The notes: generated from the letters alone by a model not told the origin. A stretch of 64,000 nucleotides of DNA from Kiritimatiellia bacterium (GCA_050950285.1 JBMNHG010000002.1:312296-376295); one strand, 5' to 3'; counted from the stretch's first letter, positions 48,101 to 57,156 are shown. Numbers and translations: made by a program.

Positions 48101-49951
48101 ACGAACACCGCGGGTGCCGCCTCGCTCTCCTTCCCGACGGGCCTGGAGACGAACCTCCTCACCATCACGGCATGGCAGACGCTCGACGTCGAAAGCGGCT
48201 CGTTCCTCGAACTCGGGATCGCGGATGCCGGCGGCGAACTCGAAGCCACCTCCATCGGCCTGCTTCTGAGCGACCGCATCGTGACCGTGCCCGGCCATGC
48301 GGCGCGACGCTTCCTGCGCCCGGAGGAAAGCGCGACCTTCACGCCGGTCTTCCCGGACGAGCTGCTCAAGGCGGCCTCGGACCTCGAGATCACCGCCACG
48401 GCGCAGTCCGGCGACGTCGGCTCGCTCGTCTGGAACGGCACCGGGATCCCCGCCGGCGCCGGCGCGGCGGACGGCGCCCTCGTCCTCACCGGCGCCGACT
48501 CTGCGGGAAGCAGCTCGATCACCCTCTCGCTCCCCGAAAACTGGATCTTCGCGGAGTCGGGCGAACAGACCCTCGACTTCGAGGCCGTCTCCTTCGCGAG
48601 CCCCCTCGTCGTCTCCCCGGACGGCAGCGACGCGACCGGAATCGGCACGGAGGCCCTCCCGCTCCGCACGATGACCTACGCGGCTCCGCAGCTCCGCGCG
48701 GGCGAGGGAATCCGCCTGCTTCCGGGCGTCTACGGCCCGACCGACGGCGAAACCTTCCCCGTGACCATCCCTCCGGGCATTGCCGTCGAGGGCGAACGCG
48801 GTCCCGCGGGCGATGCGACGGACACCTCGATCGTCGACCCCGACGCCACGGGCTGGGCCTTCTTCCTGGGCACCGAGGGGTCGGACCCCGGAAACGTCGC
48901 GGGCGGCGCCCTGCGCTCGCTGGTGATCCGCAACACGGCGGGAACCGCCATCGGCGCCCGCTACTGGGGCGGCACGATCCAGGACTGCTCGATCACCCGC
49001 CTCGCCTCCGGCGCCTGCGCCGGGAGCCTCGAGATCGGCGGCGGCTCCGCGATCGCCTACTTCAACAGCGTCCGCAACGGGCTCGTCTTCGACAACGTCG
49101 AGCTCGGCTGCGTCACGTCGGGCCTCGCCCGCGCCGTCCACGTCGCGGGCGGGACGGGCTCCATGAAGATGTCCAATTGCTGGTTCCACGACATCGCGAG
49201 CACCGCGACCTGCACGGGGGCGGGCATGTTCGACATCCGCATCGGCCCCTTCACGCTCGAGGACTCCATCGTCGAGCGCATCGTGGCCAAGGGCGGAAGC
49301 GGGGAGGCCCAGGGCGTCTTCTACTCCTACAACTTCCAGGTCAACTACCTGCGCAACATCTTCCGCGACATCGGCCTCTCCGGCGACGCCGCGAGGTACA
49401 CCCTGCTCGGCGTCAACCGGAACAACACCGCGCTGATCGCGAACTGCCTCTTCCACGACATCGCCAGCGCGGACACCTGCGCCGTGATCGGCGGATTCCG
49501 CTCGGCGATGTTCGTGCGGAACTGCACCTTCGACGCCATCCCGGGCCTGTTCCAGCGCTTCAACGACGCCCGCAACCGCTACCTCTACAACTCGACCGTC
49601 AGCGATTGCGACTCGTTCAACGTCTCCCCCTGGGGCGGCTCCTCCGCCATCGTCCTGCAGAACGTGAACCTGTGGAACGTCGGCGAAGGCTACGGCTACA
49701 CCACGAACTCGAGCGTGAACGTGGTCTCCGCGGATCCGCTCTTCAAGAACGCCGGCAGCGGCAACTATCGCCTGCAGGGCTCGAGCGTGTTGAAGGACGC
49801 AGGCGACAACGCGCTCGTCGTCGCCGCGACGATGGGCGCGACGGACCTCGAAGGCAACGACCGCATCTTCCGCGCCGACAAGGGAGGCGTCGTCGACCTC
49901 GGCTGCTACGAGTACTCGATCCCCGGCGGCACGCTCTTCCTGCTCCGCTAG
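45143..49951 (+). CDS. Large secreted/surface protein: Gly-rich domain plus two DUF1565-like/right-handed beta-helix modules and a C-terminal tag
   Basis: Signal peptide; Gly-rich LAGGGGAGG...GGSGAVILAF; duplicated NGSDATGTG..APFGTI / DGSDATGIG..LPLRTM and SPLVDAG..VDLGAYE / SVLKDAG..VDLGCYE; ends SIPGGTLFLLR*. Confidence 0.85.
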   Translation: MTATTRLLRRTTCALMMAAALSPFAIHAYQDTFLSTDDDSVVRYDRADGVVVYAFTNAAGDVAVTPACNLQLEEMLLAGGGGAGGWTIGGGGGGGGVVTNVPGVIVAPADVPFTLSVGAGGNNFPTAGGWVSGGPGGATTLAIGGTNFVACGGGGGAGWNVRNAADTSPSAPIANGGGGAGQSGNVGGKGGAGLFFTGGDVVIYPGSNNNAPGGGAGAGGDGFTSSANLQAGEGGPGILSSITGVELDYCAGGGGGGGNGIYASAAGGESAGRGGNGNATGGLEHGLPGLDGRGGGGGGGAFSGATPGGRGGSGAVILAFRPASIAILNHITGSAHYTVFDSVQVVSLPQMDASDVYQISCDAGPSMDPADWTPYDPDAALPVVSFPAGTPYGTVTVYCHVKPATGTLADVETSSDSIAYLDPATAATPTASTKDITLVLDSVAGGVTVTPADVDDGSSDGTYGLFGMGVAPRVVTGDADVTLFVTNMAGAASSAVAHITATHLDFNVATNGSDATGTGRLAAPFGTISNALAKARAAYADDGNARTVYAAAGAYSAALTGEVFPLAVPEGVSLVGAGMGETILDAAYAARHITLDASSVPARVAGLSLRGAKTRAIHSAAWGGTVENVEISDVSSPDEVLYYNNGGSARDLVLSGLCVTNISSATRRFVSLVGSGTLTLTNCLFKGLSTTVGAAQANGNFQVQSNAGIGQNGWPCTMVDCVFEDISSSGAGNYEGGFITTGQTGGRHVVDRCIFRNITFQNKSEMLLCFNRSGSPLVSNSLFADISMPDTAGFSSCVGGFRSHPRVRNCTFHNCTGNVFRPPQKTGSYYTRAYNCIVSGCGSLCNHSPDTLYLYNVNLHETPEGSGYSAANSANVTGSIPYFKDAGNGDLALKPMSPLVDAGDNAYVEATTAHDLALGARIVDGNDDGTATVDLGAYEFDPSSLGARFASGAASYGLFAGGSIAIPVWIEPPQACGPVTAAISYPTNTAGAASLSFPTGLETNLLTITAWQTLDVESGSFLELGIADAGGELEATSIGLLLSDRIVTVPGHAARRFLRPEESATFTPVFPDELLKAASDLEITATAQSGDVGSLVWNGTGIPAGAGAADGALVLTGADSAGSSSITLSLPENWIFAESGEQTLDFEAVSFASPLVVSPDGSDATGIGTEALPLRTMTYAAPQLRAGEGIRLLPGVYGPTDGETFPVTIPPGIAVEGERGPAGDATDTSIVDPDATGWAFFLGTEGSDPGNVAGGALRSLVIRNTAGTAIGARYWGGTIQDCSITRLASGACAGSLEIGGGSAIAYFNSVRNGLVFDNVELGCVTSGLARAVHVAGGTGSMKMSNCWFHDIASTATCTGAGMFDIRIGPFTLEDSIVERIVAKGGSGEAQGVFYSYNFQVNYLRNIFRDIGLSGDAARYTLLGVNRNNTALIANCLFHDIASADTCAVIGGFRSAMFVRNCTFDAIPGLFQRFNDARNRYLYNSTVSDCDSFNVSPWGGSSAIVLQNVNLWNVGEGYGYTTNSSVNVVSADPLFKNAGSGNYRLQGSSVLKDAGDNALVVAATMGATDLEGNDRIFRADKGGVVDLGCYEYSIPGGTLFLLR

Positions 49952-49964
49952 AGCGACCCTCCAA

Positions 49965-50012
49965 AAAAAACGGCGCGCCGCGAAATCCCCGCGATTTCGC
50001 GGCGCGCCGCTT
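49965..50012. repeat. REP-like palindrome copy 2
   Basis: 48 bp identical to 36182-36229; stem-loop at 49971-50009. Confidence 0.9.
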
Positions 50013-50075
50013 TCCGGGAGTTTGTCCCCGCCTTCGATCCCGTGCGCGGGCGCCCGGGGATAACGGCGCGCCGCC

Positions 50076-50104
50076 TTGAACTGCACAGGCGCATGGCGTA
50101 TACT
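50076..50104 (+). promoter_or_regulatory. Putative sigma70 promoter of purD-purE
   Basis: TTGAAC-N17-TATACT. Confidence 0.55.
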
Positions 50105-50151
50105 TCCGGCTTCGACCTCACGAGTTGTCGTACACACCCCTCCCCCACCCC

Positions 50152-51429
50152 ATGAAAATCCTTGTCATCGGAAGCGGCGGACGCGAGCACGCCATTGCGT
50201 GGCGTCTGGCCCAGGACGATCCCGCGTCCGAAATCTTCTGCGCCCCCGGCAATGCGGGCACGGCGGCCCTCGGAACCAACCTCCCCATCGCCGCGACCGA
50301 TCTCGACGGTCTGGCAGGCTGGGCGCGGGAGCACCGTCCCGGCCTGACGGTCGTGGGGCCGGAGGCGCCGCTTTGCGCGGGCCTGGCCGATCGCTTTTCC
50401 GCCCTCGGCCTCGCCGCCTTCGGGCCATGCCGGGCGGCGGCGCGGCTGGAAGGCAGCAAGTCCTTCTGCAAGGATGTGCTTTGCGCCGCCGGCGTTCCCA
50501 CGGCGCGGGCCGAGGCGTTCACGTCGCTCGATGCGGCGCTTGCCGGGCTCGACCGCTTTTCCCTCCCCGTGGTGGTGAAGGCCGACGGCCTCGCCGCGGG
50601 CAAGGGCGTGATCCCCTGCTTCCGCCGCGAGGAGGCCGAGACCGCGTTGCGCGACATCCTCGACGGCCATGCCTTCGGCGCCGCCGGGGCGACCGTGCTG
50701 GTGGAAGAGTTCCTGGAAGGCGAAGAGGCCTCGATCCTGGCCCTCGTCGACGGGAAGGACTTCGTGCTGCTTCCCTCTTCGCAGGACCACAAGCGCGTCT
50801 TTGACGGGGACGAAGGCCCGAACACCGGCGGCATGGGCGCATACTCGCCGGCGCCGGTTGTCACCCCCGAACTCGAGGAGCGCGTGCGCCGCGAGATCCT
50901 CGCCCCGACCCTCGCGGAGCTGGCCCGCAGGGGAATCCCCTACAAAGGCGTGCTGTACGCCGGGCTGATGATCACGGCGGACGGCCCCAAGGTGCTCGAG
51001 TACAACTGCCGCTTCGGCGATCCCGAGACGGAGGCGGTGCTTCCGCGGCTCGCCGTCCCGCTCCTTCCGCTGCTGAAGGCCTGCTGCGACGGCACGCTCC
51101 TCCAGGCGCCTTTCGCCATCCGTCCCGAGCCGTGCGTCACGGTCGTGATGGCTTCGGAGGGCTATCCGGGCCCGTACCCGGCGGGCCTGCCGATCTCCGG
51201 CCTCGCAGATGCCGAAGAGGAACCCGGCGTGATCGTCTTCCATGCGGGAACCGCGCTGGAAGACGGCCGGGTCGTCACCGCCGGGGGCCGCGTGCTGGGC
51301 GTGACGGCCCTGGCGCCCGGCCTGCAGGAGGCGGTGGCCAAGGCCTATCGCGCCTGTGCGAAAATCCATTTCGACGGAGCGCACCGCCGTTCCGACATCG
51401 CGAGGCGCGCCCTGGCCCGTCTCGCCTGA
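50152..51429 (+). CDS. purD: Phosphoribosylamine--glycine ligase
   Basis: GSGGREHA, APGNAG, KADGLAAGKGV, QDHKR, GPNTGGMGAY and RFGDPE motifs. Confidence 0.98.
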   Translation: MKILVIGSGGREHAIAWRLAQDDPASEIFCAPGNAGTAALGTNLPIAATDLDGLAGWAREHRPGLTVVGPEAPLCAGLADRFSALGLAAFGPCRAAARLEGSKSFCKDVLCAAGVPTARAEAFTSLDAALAGLDRFSLPVVVKADGLAAGKGVIPCFRREEAETALRDILDGHAFGAAGATVLVEEFLEGEEASILALVDGKDFVLLPSSQDHKRVFDGDEGPNTGGMGAYSPAPVVTPELEERVRREILAPTLAELARRGIPYKGVLYAGLMITADGPKVLEYNCRFGDPETEAVLPRLAVPLLPLLKACCDGTLLQAPFAIRPEPCVTVVMASEGYPGPYPAGLPISGLADAEEEPGVIVFHAGTALEDGRVVTAGGRVLGVTALAPGLQEAVAKAYRACAKIHFDGAHRRSDIARRALARLA

Positions 51430-51446
51430 ACCGCCGGGAGAATCCT

Positions 51447-51956
51447 ATGGAAACGAAACCGCTCGTAGGCATCGTGATGGGGAGCAAGTCCGACTGGCCC
51501 GCGCTGCAGAAGGCCGTCGAAACCCTCGACGACTTCGGCATACCGCGCGAGGTGCGGGTGATCTCCGCGCACCGTTCGCCGGACATCGCGGCGGATTACG
51601 CCGGGAGCGCCCGGGAGAGGGGGCTCCAGGTGATTCTCGCGGCGGCGGGGGGCGCGGCGCACCTGGGGGGCATCCTCGCCGCGCACACGACGCTTCCGGT
51701 GGTCGGCGTGCCGGTCGCCGGCGGGGCGCTGAACGGGATCGACGCGCTGCTCGCCACCGTCCAGATGCCTTCGGGGATCCCCGTGGCGACGGTCGCGCTC
51801 GGTTCCGCAGGCCCGACGAACGCCGCGCTTTTCGCCATCCAGGTGCTCGCCCTCTCGCGCCCCGAGCTGCGCGAAAAGCTGTGCGCCTACAAGGCGGACC
51901 TCCGGCGCAAGGTCGTGGAGGCGGATGCCGAACTCCAGGCGGAGCTTGCGAAATAG
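51447..51956 (+). CDS. purE: N5-CAIR mutase
   Basis: [23 protein letters not shown] and [11 protein letters not shown] motifs. Confidence 0.97.
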   Translation: METKPLVGIVMGSKSDWPALQKAVETLDDFGIPREVRVISAHRSPDIAADYAGSARERGLQVILAAAGGAAHLGGILAAHTTLPVVGVPVAGGALNGIDALLATVQMPSGIPVATVALGSAGPTNAALFAIQVLALSRPELREKLCAYKADLRRKVVEADAELQAELAK

Positions 51957-53282
51957 ATGCGGGACGAACGCAAAAGGGGACGCCGTGCCGGGGGTCGGGG
52001 ATTCCATCGCCTCGCCCTGCTGCTCGCGTTTTCCGCCGCCTCGCTCTCCGCCGGGCCGCTGCTGGATTCGAGGGTCCGCCTCGAGCCTCCGCACCCCTTC
52101 GTCGGCCAGCCCTTCACGCTCTGCTTCGACGTGGCCGGCGAACCCGGCGGCGAAATCGAGATCGTCTCCGTGTCCGGCCTCCCCGGGAACGACCATGTCC
52201 GCTTCGGCGCGATCGAGGCGGGCCCCCGGCGCCAGGAGAAGGACGCGAGGGGCGGCACGATCGAATGGCACCCCTTCCGCGTGCCCGCAGTGGGCGGCGC
52301 GCCGCTGGAGACCGCCGTGGAGGCGACCGTCGCCGCGAAGGTGACGCGGCGTTCCCGCTTCGGCTTCTTCACGAGCCTGTCGACCGAACTCGACACGATC
52401 CGCCTTCCGCCGCTCGACTTCGTCCTCCGCAGCCTCCCCCCCCTTCCGGACGGGACGCCCGTATCCACCAACGGCCTGCCCGCCGTCGGCTCCTTCCGCG
52501 TGAAGGCCGTCGCGGAGCCGTCCCATGCGTCGGTGGGCGACCTGGTCACGATCACGGCGACCGCGGAAGGGTCCGGAACCTTGAACGGGGTTTCGCCGCT
52601 GCTGCCCGATTTCGCGGGCGCGGAGGTCCGGGCCTATCCGCCCAAGGTGCTTTCCCGCGATGCGCGGCACGTCACGCTCCGGCAGGTGATCGTTCCGCTC
52701 TCGACGAATGTCGCCGGGCTGGGGCAGGTCACCCTGCCCTACTTCGACGCCCGGGGGGAGACCTTCCGCGTCGCGCGCTCGCTTCCGCTGGCGATCCGCG
52801 TCACGCCGAAGGCCGAGGAGCCCTTGGAGGTGCCGCTCCGCGCGCTTCCGGAATCCGCCTTCCTTCCCGCCCCGTCCGAGACGGCCACGCCGGTGCAGCT
52901 GCTGCCGTCCGCGCTCGCGGACCTCCGCCGCGTGCTGCCCGTCGCCGCGGGGATCCTGGCGCTTCTCGTGGCCGCCGGGATGGCCCATGCATGGCGCCCC
53001 CTGCCCCGGCTTCTGCTGGCGGCCGCCGCCGGCGCCGCCGCCGGCGCCGGCATGCGGGCCTGGATCGCGCGCGCCCGTCCGCCCGAGACGGCCGTCTTCC
53101 CGGCGCCGCTGGAACTGCGCCTGGCCCCGTCGCCGCAGGCGCGGCGCGTGGGATGGATCCCGGCGGGGGACGAGGTGGAGATCCTCGAGACGGACGGCGG
53201 CTGGAGGCGCGTCCACTCCAAGGGGCAGGTCGGCTGGATCCCGGACGACACGCCCGCCACGCCGGACGAGCCGTCCCGATAG
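51957..53282 (+). CDS. BatD-like protein with a C-terminal SH3-like domain
   Basis: Signal-like start; AVGSFRV...VGDLVTITATAEGSGTL; LPYFDARGETF; TM region; GDEVEILETDGGW...VGWIP. Confidence 0.7.
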   Translation: MRDERKRGRRAGGRGFHRLALLLAFSAASLSAGPLLDSRVRLEPPHPFVGQPFTLCFDVAGEPGGEIEIVSVSGLPGNDHVRFGAIEAGPRRQEKDARGGTIEWHPFRVPAVGGAPLETAVEATVAAKVTRRSRFGFFTSLSTELDTIRLPPLDFVLRSLPPLPDGTPVSTNGLPAVGSFRVKAVAEPSHASVGDLVTITATAEGSGTLNGVSPLLPDFAGAEVRAYPPKVLSRDARHVTLRQVIVPLSTNVAGLGQVTLPYFDARGETFRVARSLPLAIRVTPKAEEPLEVPLRALPESAFLPAPSETATPVQLLPSALADLRRVLPVAAGILALLVAAGMAHAWRPLPRLLLAAAAGAAAGAGMRAWIARARPPETAVFPAPLELRLAPSPQARRVGWIPAGDEVEILETDGGWRRVHSKGQVGWIPDDTPATPDEPSR

Positions 53283-53308
53283 GGCCGGAAAAGCGGCGCG
53301 CCGCCGCG

Positions 53309-54535
53309 CTATGCGTTTTGGACCTTGCGGGGGATGCACATGGCGCAGACGGAGTTCGCGATGGCCATGACGGCGGAGAAGGTGAAGAGGACGCCCACCC
53401 CGAACTTCGCCCAGACCAAGCCGCCGAGGGGGCCTACGAGAATCGAGATCAGGTGGTTGATCGAGATGCCGGTGGAGAGCGTGGAGGTCATCTCCTCCCG
53501 GTTTTCCGCGAGGTCGCGCACGTAGAGGTTCGTGGCCATCGAGGTGGTGCTGATGAGCCCGTCGAGCAGGTAGGTCGCGCCCACCACCCACACGGCGGCC
53601 CGCGGCGGGAACCAGTCGCCCGCGAAGCCGTAGAGGAGGCAGACGAAGAAGAGGACCACGGTGTCGTAGAACATCACGGTGCGGTAGCCCAGCCGGTCGA
53701 CGAGGCGTCCCACCAGCGGCGCGAAGAACATGTTGCCCGCTGCGACCAAGCCCATGAGAAGCCCCATGTGGGCGGTGTCGACGCCGTAGTTCTTGATGAG
53801 CACGAAGGGTCCGAAGGTGTAGAAGACCTGCTTGCGGACGCCGTAGAAGAGTTCGAGGCCGTAGAAGATGCGGAATTTGGAATGGAAGAAGAGCCGGGGC
53901 CGCCTCGTGCGGGTGTCCGGGGCCTGCCGCGTGAAGGCGAACAGGAGGCCCAGCCCCATCAGGACGAAGATGAAAAGCCAGATGCCGTCGTAGAAACAGA
54001 CCTTCGGAACGGCGGATGCGCCCTTGGAAAACCACCCTCTCCAGACCCAGAAGACGGCGGCGACCAGGAGGTTCCCGAAGACGCTCCCCCCATTGGAGAT
54101 GCCGCCCAGCAGGCCGAGCGCCTCGCCGCCACGCCCGTCCGCGGCCACCTGCATGCCGATGGCGCTGCGCACGGGCATGGCGAGATGCTCCCCCAGGCTC
54201 CAGACCACCATGGCGAAAACGACGGCGGGCCGCGAAAGGGGCAGGCACAGCAACGCCACGCCGAGCATCCCGAACACGGCGCTCAGGCGCAGGATCTTCC
54301 AGTCGGAAACGCGGTGGAGGGGCACAAGCAGGAAGACCAGCATCAGTCCTGGAAATTCCCGGAAGAGTTCGAGGAATCCGCGATGGATCGCCTCGAAGCC
54401 ATGGACGTCCACCAGGAAGTTGTTCTGGGTGGCCTGGTAGCATCCGACGCAGATGCCCCGGAGCAAGGTGTTCGCGAGGAAGGGGACCGCCCCGCAACGG
54501 GCCTTGAAGAGCGTAATGGGAAGGTCCCGTATCAG
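53309..54535 (-). CDS. MFS transporter (start codon uncertain, possibly CTG)
   Basis: About 12 hydrophobic segments; RGFLELFREFPG, GEHL, GRLVDRLGYR and GISINH motifs. Confidence 0.85.
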   Translation of the reverse strand: MIRDLPITLFKARCGAVPFLANTLLRGICVGCYQATQNNFLVDVHGFEAIHRGFLELFREFPGLMLVFLLVPLHRVSDWKILRLSAVFGMLGVALLCLPLSRPAVVFAMVVWSLGEHLAMPVRSAIGMQVAADGRGGEALGLLGGISNGGSVFGNLLVAAVFWVWRGWFSKGASAVPKVCFYDGIWLFIFVLMGLGLLFAFTRQAPDTRTRRPRLFFHSKFRIFYGLELFYGVRKQVFYTFGPFVLIKNYGVDTAHMGLLMGLVAAGNMFFAPLVGRLVDRLGYRTVMFYDTVVLFFVCLLYGFAGDWFPPRAAVWVVGATYLLDGLISTTSMATNLYVRDLAENREEMTSTLSTGISINHLISILVGPLGGLVWAKFGVGVLFTFSAVMAIANSVCAMCIPRKVQNA

Positions 54536-55443
54536 CGGGCGTCCCGGAGGGCCTCGGCGAGCGCCTGCCGGAAGGGGGTGTGGGAGGAGATCCCCAGGGC
54601 GTCGAGGCGGGCGCAGGAGAGCGCGCTGTCCTTCGGGCGGGGCGCGGCGTCGGGCGAGGGCCTCTCCAGCGGGCGGAGGATGGACGGATCGCATCCGAAC
54701 AACCCGGCGATCTCCCGCGCCATGTCGTACTTCGTCATCCGCTCGGGCGCGGAGAAGTGGAAGGTGCCGGCGACCTGCGGGGATGGGCCTTCGGCCGCCC
54801 GCAACTCCGCGAGGGCGACGATCGCGGCCGCCACGTCGACCGTGCCCGTCGGATGGCGGACCGCCCAGGCGTCGCAGTCGTAGCGGACGGTGTCGGGGTC
54901 GCGCAGGGCGCGGGCGACCCCTGCGGTCACGGCGGACTCCTCCAGGTCGTCCGTGGGTCCGAACAGGATCGGGACGCGGAGCACGGCGGCGTCATGGGCG
55001 GTCTGCCAGAGGGCGCGCTCGGCGTCGCGCTTGCTGAGGCCGTAGTCGTTCAGCGGACAGGTCGGGGCGTCTTCGGGATAGGGTGGCGTCGTGCCGTCGA
55101 AGACGTAGTCGGTGGAGACCAGCAGCATCCAGGCGCCTCGCAGCGCCGCTGCGGCGGCGAGGCGTCCCGTGGCCTCCACGTTGAGGCGGCGGAGGCGGCC
55201 CGGATCCTTCGCGCCCACATCGGGTCGGCGCTCGGCGGCGCAATGGATCACGGCGTCCGGGGCGACGGTATCGACGGCAGTGGCCGTTGCGACCGGGTCG
55301 AGCAGGTCGAGGGGGAGCAGGCCGCCGGCAGTCCTCGAGAAGGCGGTGCCGACCGCCTTCCATCCGAAGGGCGAACGCTGGAAGGCGGAGAGGACGGCGC
55401 GCCCCAGGAGTCCGGAGGCGCCGGTGATCAAGACGGTGGGCAT
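54532..55443 (-). CDS. RmlD/MAT2B-like extended SDR oxidoreductase
   Basis: GASGLLG, HCAAERRPD, STDYVFDG, YGLSK, TKYDMA and PRPKDS motifs. Confidence 0.9.
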   Translation of the reverse strand: MPTVLITGASGLLGRAVLSAFQRSPFGWKAVGTAFSRTAGGLLPLDLLDPVATATAVDTVAPDAVIHCAAERRPDVGAKDPGRLRRLNVEATGRLAAAAALRGAWMLLVSTDYVFDGTTPPYPEDAPTCPLNDYGLSKRDAERALWQTAHDAAVLRVPILFGPTDDLEESAVTAGVARALRDPDTVRYDCDAWAVRHPTGTVDVAAAIVALAELRAAEGPSPQVAGTFHFSAPERMTKYDMAREIAGLFGCDPSILRPLERPSPDAAPRPKDSALSCARLDALGISSHTPFRQALAEALRDAR

Positions 55444-55491
55444 GGGGGATTGTCTCGGGATGGGTTCAAGAGGATGGGCTCCGGACGGCCG

Positions 55492-57156
55492 TCACGCCTC
55501 GATGGGCGGTCGCACGGCGTCGTAGCCGGGAGGGGTGGTGGCGCGGAGCAGGTCGTCGCCGGGCGCCAGGGTCACGAGCGCCGTCTCGACGGCTTCGGAG
55601 ACCTCGACGAAATCGCGAAGGATCGACCCGTCAAGGTCGAAGAACGACTGGCTGTGGCCGCAGAGGACGAGTTCCGGGCGGCATGCCGCGATCGCCCGGT
55701 AGGCCACGGCGGGGGAGCGGTCGGGGAAGCCGTTGTCGTTCCAGCAGAACGGGAGGGCGGGACGGATGGGTCCGGACCCGTACTGGAGGGCGTCGCCCGC
55801 GCAAAAGACGCAGCGGCCCTGCCATTCGACCGCGAACCCGGAATGGGCGTAGCAGTGGCCGGGGGTGTGGACGGGCGTGATCGGCGTCCCCCGCCAGTCG
55901 TCCGTGCGCCCGTAGGCGAGCAAGCCGTCCACCCGGAAGGAATCGAAGGCGGGGAAGTCGTACCAATGCAGGAGGCAGGGATAGGGGTAGGCGCGCGGAC
56001 GGGCAAGCAGGGCGGCGGTGTCCGGCGTGGCGAGGATGCGCGTGCCGTAGCGCTCGCGGAGCAGGCTCGCGTCCTGCATGTGGTCGCCATGGGGATGGGT
56101 GACCAGCGCGACCTCCACACGCTCCAGGCCGGTCTCCTCCCCGAGCAGGGCAAGGTCCTCCCGGAAGGAGTCGAGGGAGGCCTCCCACGGCGTCCACACG
56201 CAGTTGCAGGGGTCGATCATCAACCCCTTGCCATCCTTCACGAAGAGGACCATGTTGCCGCCCTGGTTGTTCTGGTAGATCCCCGGGGCGACCTCCCGGA
56301 AGCGCCCGAAGGTGCGCTTCGGCTCGTAGTTCACGGGTTTGACGGCGCTTCCCGCGCGGCGCACCACGCCGCCAAGGGGGCGCGCCATCCAGGCGGAGAG
56401 GCGGGCGAGGTCGGCGGCGGGATCGGCGATCGCCGGGCCCGTCGAAGGGAGGAGGAGCCGGGGCGAAAGCGCTTCGACGGCCGCGCAGGAGCTGCGCATC
56501 TGCGTCCAGCCGCCACCGCCGTTGTAGCAGCGCTCGATGTCGTAGAAGTTCACGAGGCGTCCGCCGGCGTGGATCAAGTCCCCGGAGAAGAGCAGGCGTT
56601 GCTCCGGCCAGAAGAAGCCCACGGCATGCCGCGAACTCCCCGGGAGCGCCAGGACGTCCAGATGGATGCCGCGCCAGGACAGGGTTTCCCCGGGGCGGAA
56701 GACGGCCGCGACGTCCAGCGGCTGGCCCGGGGGGCGTTCGGTGACGCAGCCCGCGATGCCGTAGGGATCGGCGCCGAGGCTCGCCCAGGGGCGGTCGGGC
56801 GGCCAGACGGTGGCGCAGGCGGCACGGAAGGCGCCGTTCACGCGGGCCAGGTCGGCGGAGTCCTCCGCCACCCACACCGGGACGCCGGGAAGGGCCGACC
56901 ATTCGCGGCAGTGCTCCTCCTGGACGTGTGTGTGCAGGATGAGTTCCGGACGGGGAAGACCCGCCGCCTCCAGGGCGAAGACGGTATCGTGGCTTGGACA
57001 GTCGATCAGCAACGAGGCCCCGTCGCGGACGAGGAGATACCCGTTCGTGGGAAGGGCATCTTCCCTCCCCCCGCCGACGACCCGCCAGAGGCCCGGCGAA
57101 GCATCGAGGCATTCCACCTTCGCGGAGGCTGTTTCCCAATGGATCCGTTTGCGCAT
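55492..57156 (-). CDS. Tandem metallo-beta-lactamase-fold hydrolase
   Basis: N-domain HTHVQEEH...LPGSS...FSGD; C-domain THPHGDH...HTPGH...AGD...CGH. Promoter-like TTGCGC-N17-TATCCT upstream. Confidence 0.85.
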   Translation of the reverse strand: MRKRIHWETASAKVECLDASPGLWRVVGGGREDALPTNGYLLVRDGASLLIDCPSHDTVFALEAAGLPRPELILHTHVQEEHCREWSALPGVPVWVAEDSADLARVNGAFRAACATVWPPDRPWASLGADPYGIAGCVTERPPGQPLDVAAVFRPGETLSWRGIHLDVLALPGSSRHAVGFFWPEQRLLFSGDLIHAGGRLVNFYDIERCYNGGGGWTQMRSSCAAVEALSPRLLLPSTGPAIADPAADLARLSAWMARPLGGVVRRAGSAVKPVNYEPKRTFGRFREVAPGIYQNNQGGNMVLFVKDGKGLMIDPCNCVWTPWEASLDSFREDLALLGEETGLERVEVALVTHPHGDHMQDASLLRERYGTRILATPDTAALLARPRAYPYPCLLHWYDFPAFDSFRVDGLLAYGRTDDWRGTPITPVHTPGHCYAHSGFAVEWQGRCVFCAGDALQYGSGPIRPALPFCWNDNGFPDRSPAVAYRAIAACRPELVLCGHSQSFFDLDGSILRDFVEVSEAVETALVTLAPGDDLLRATTPPGYDAVRPPIEA

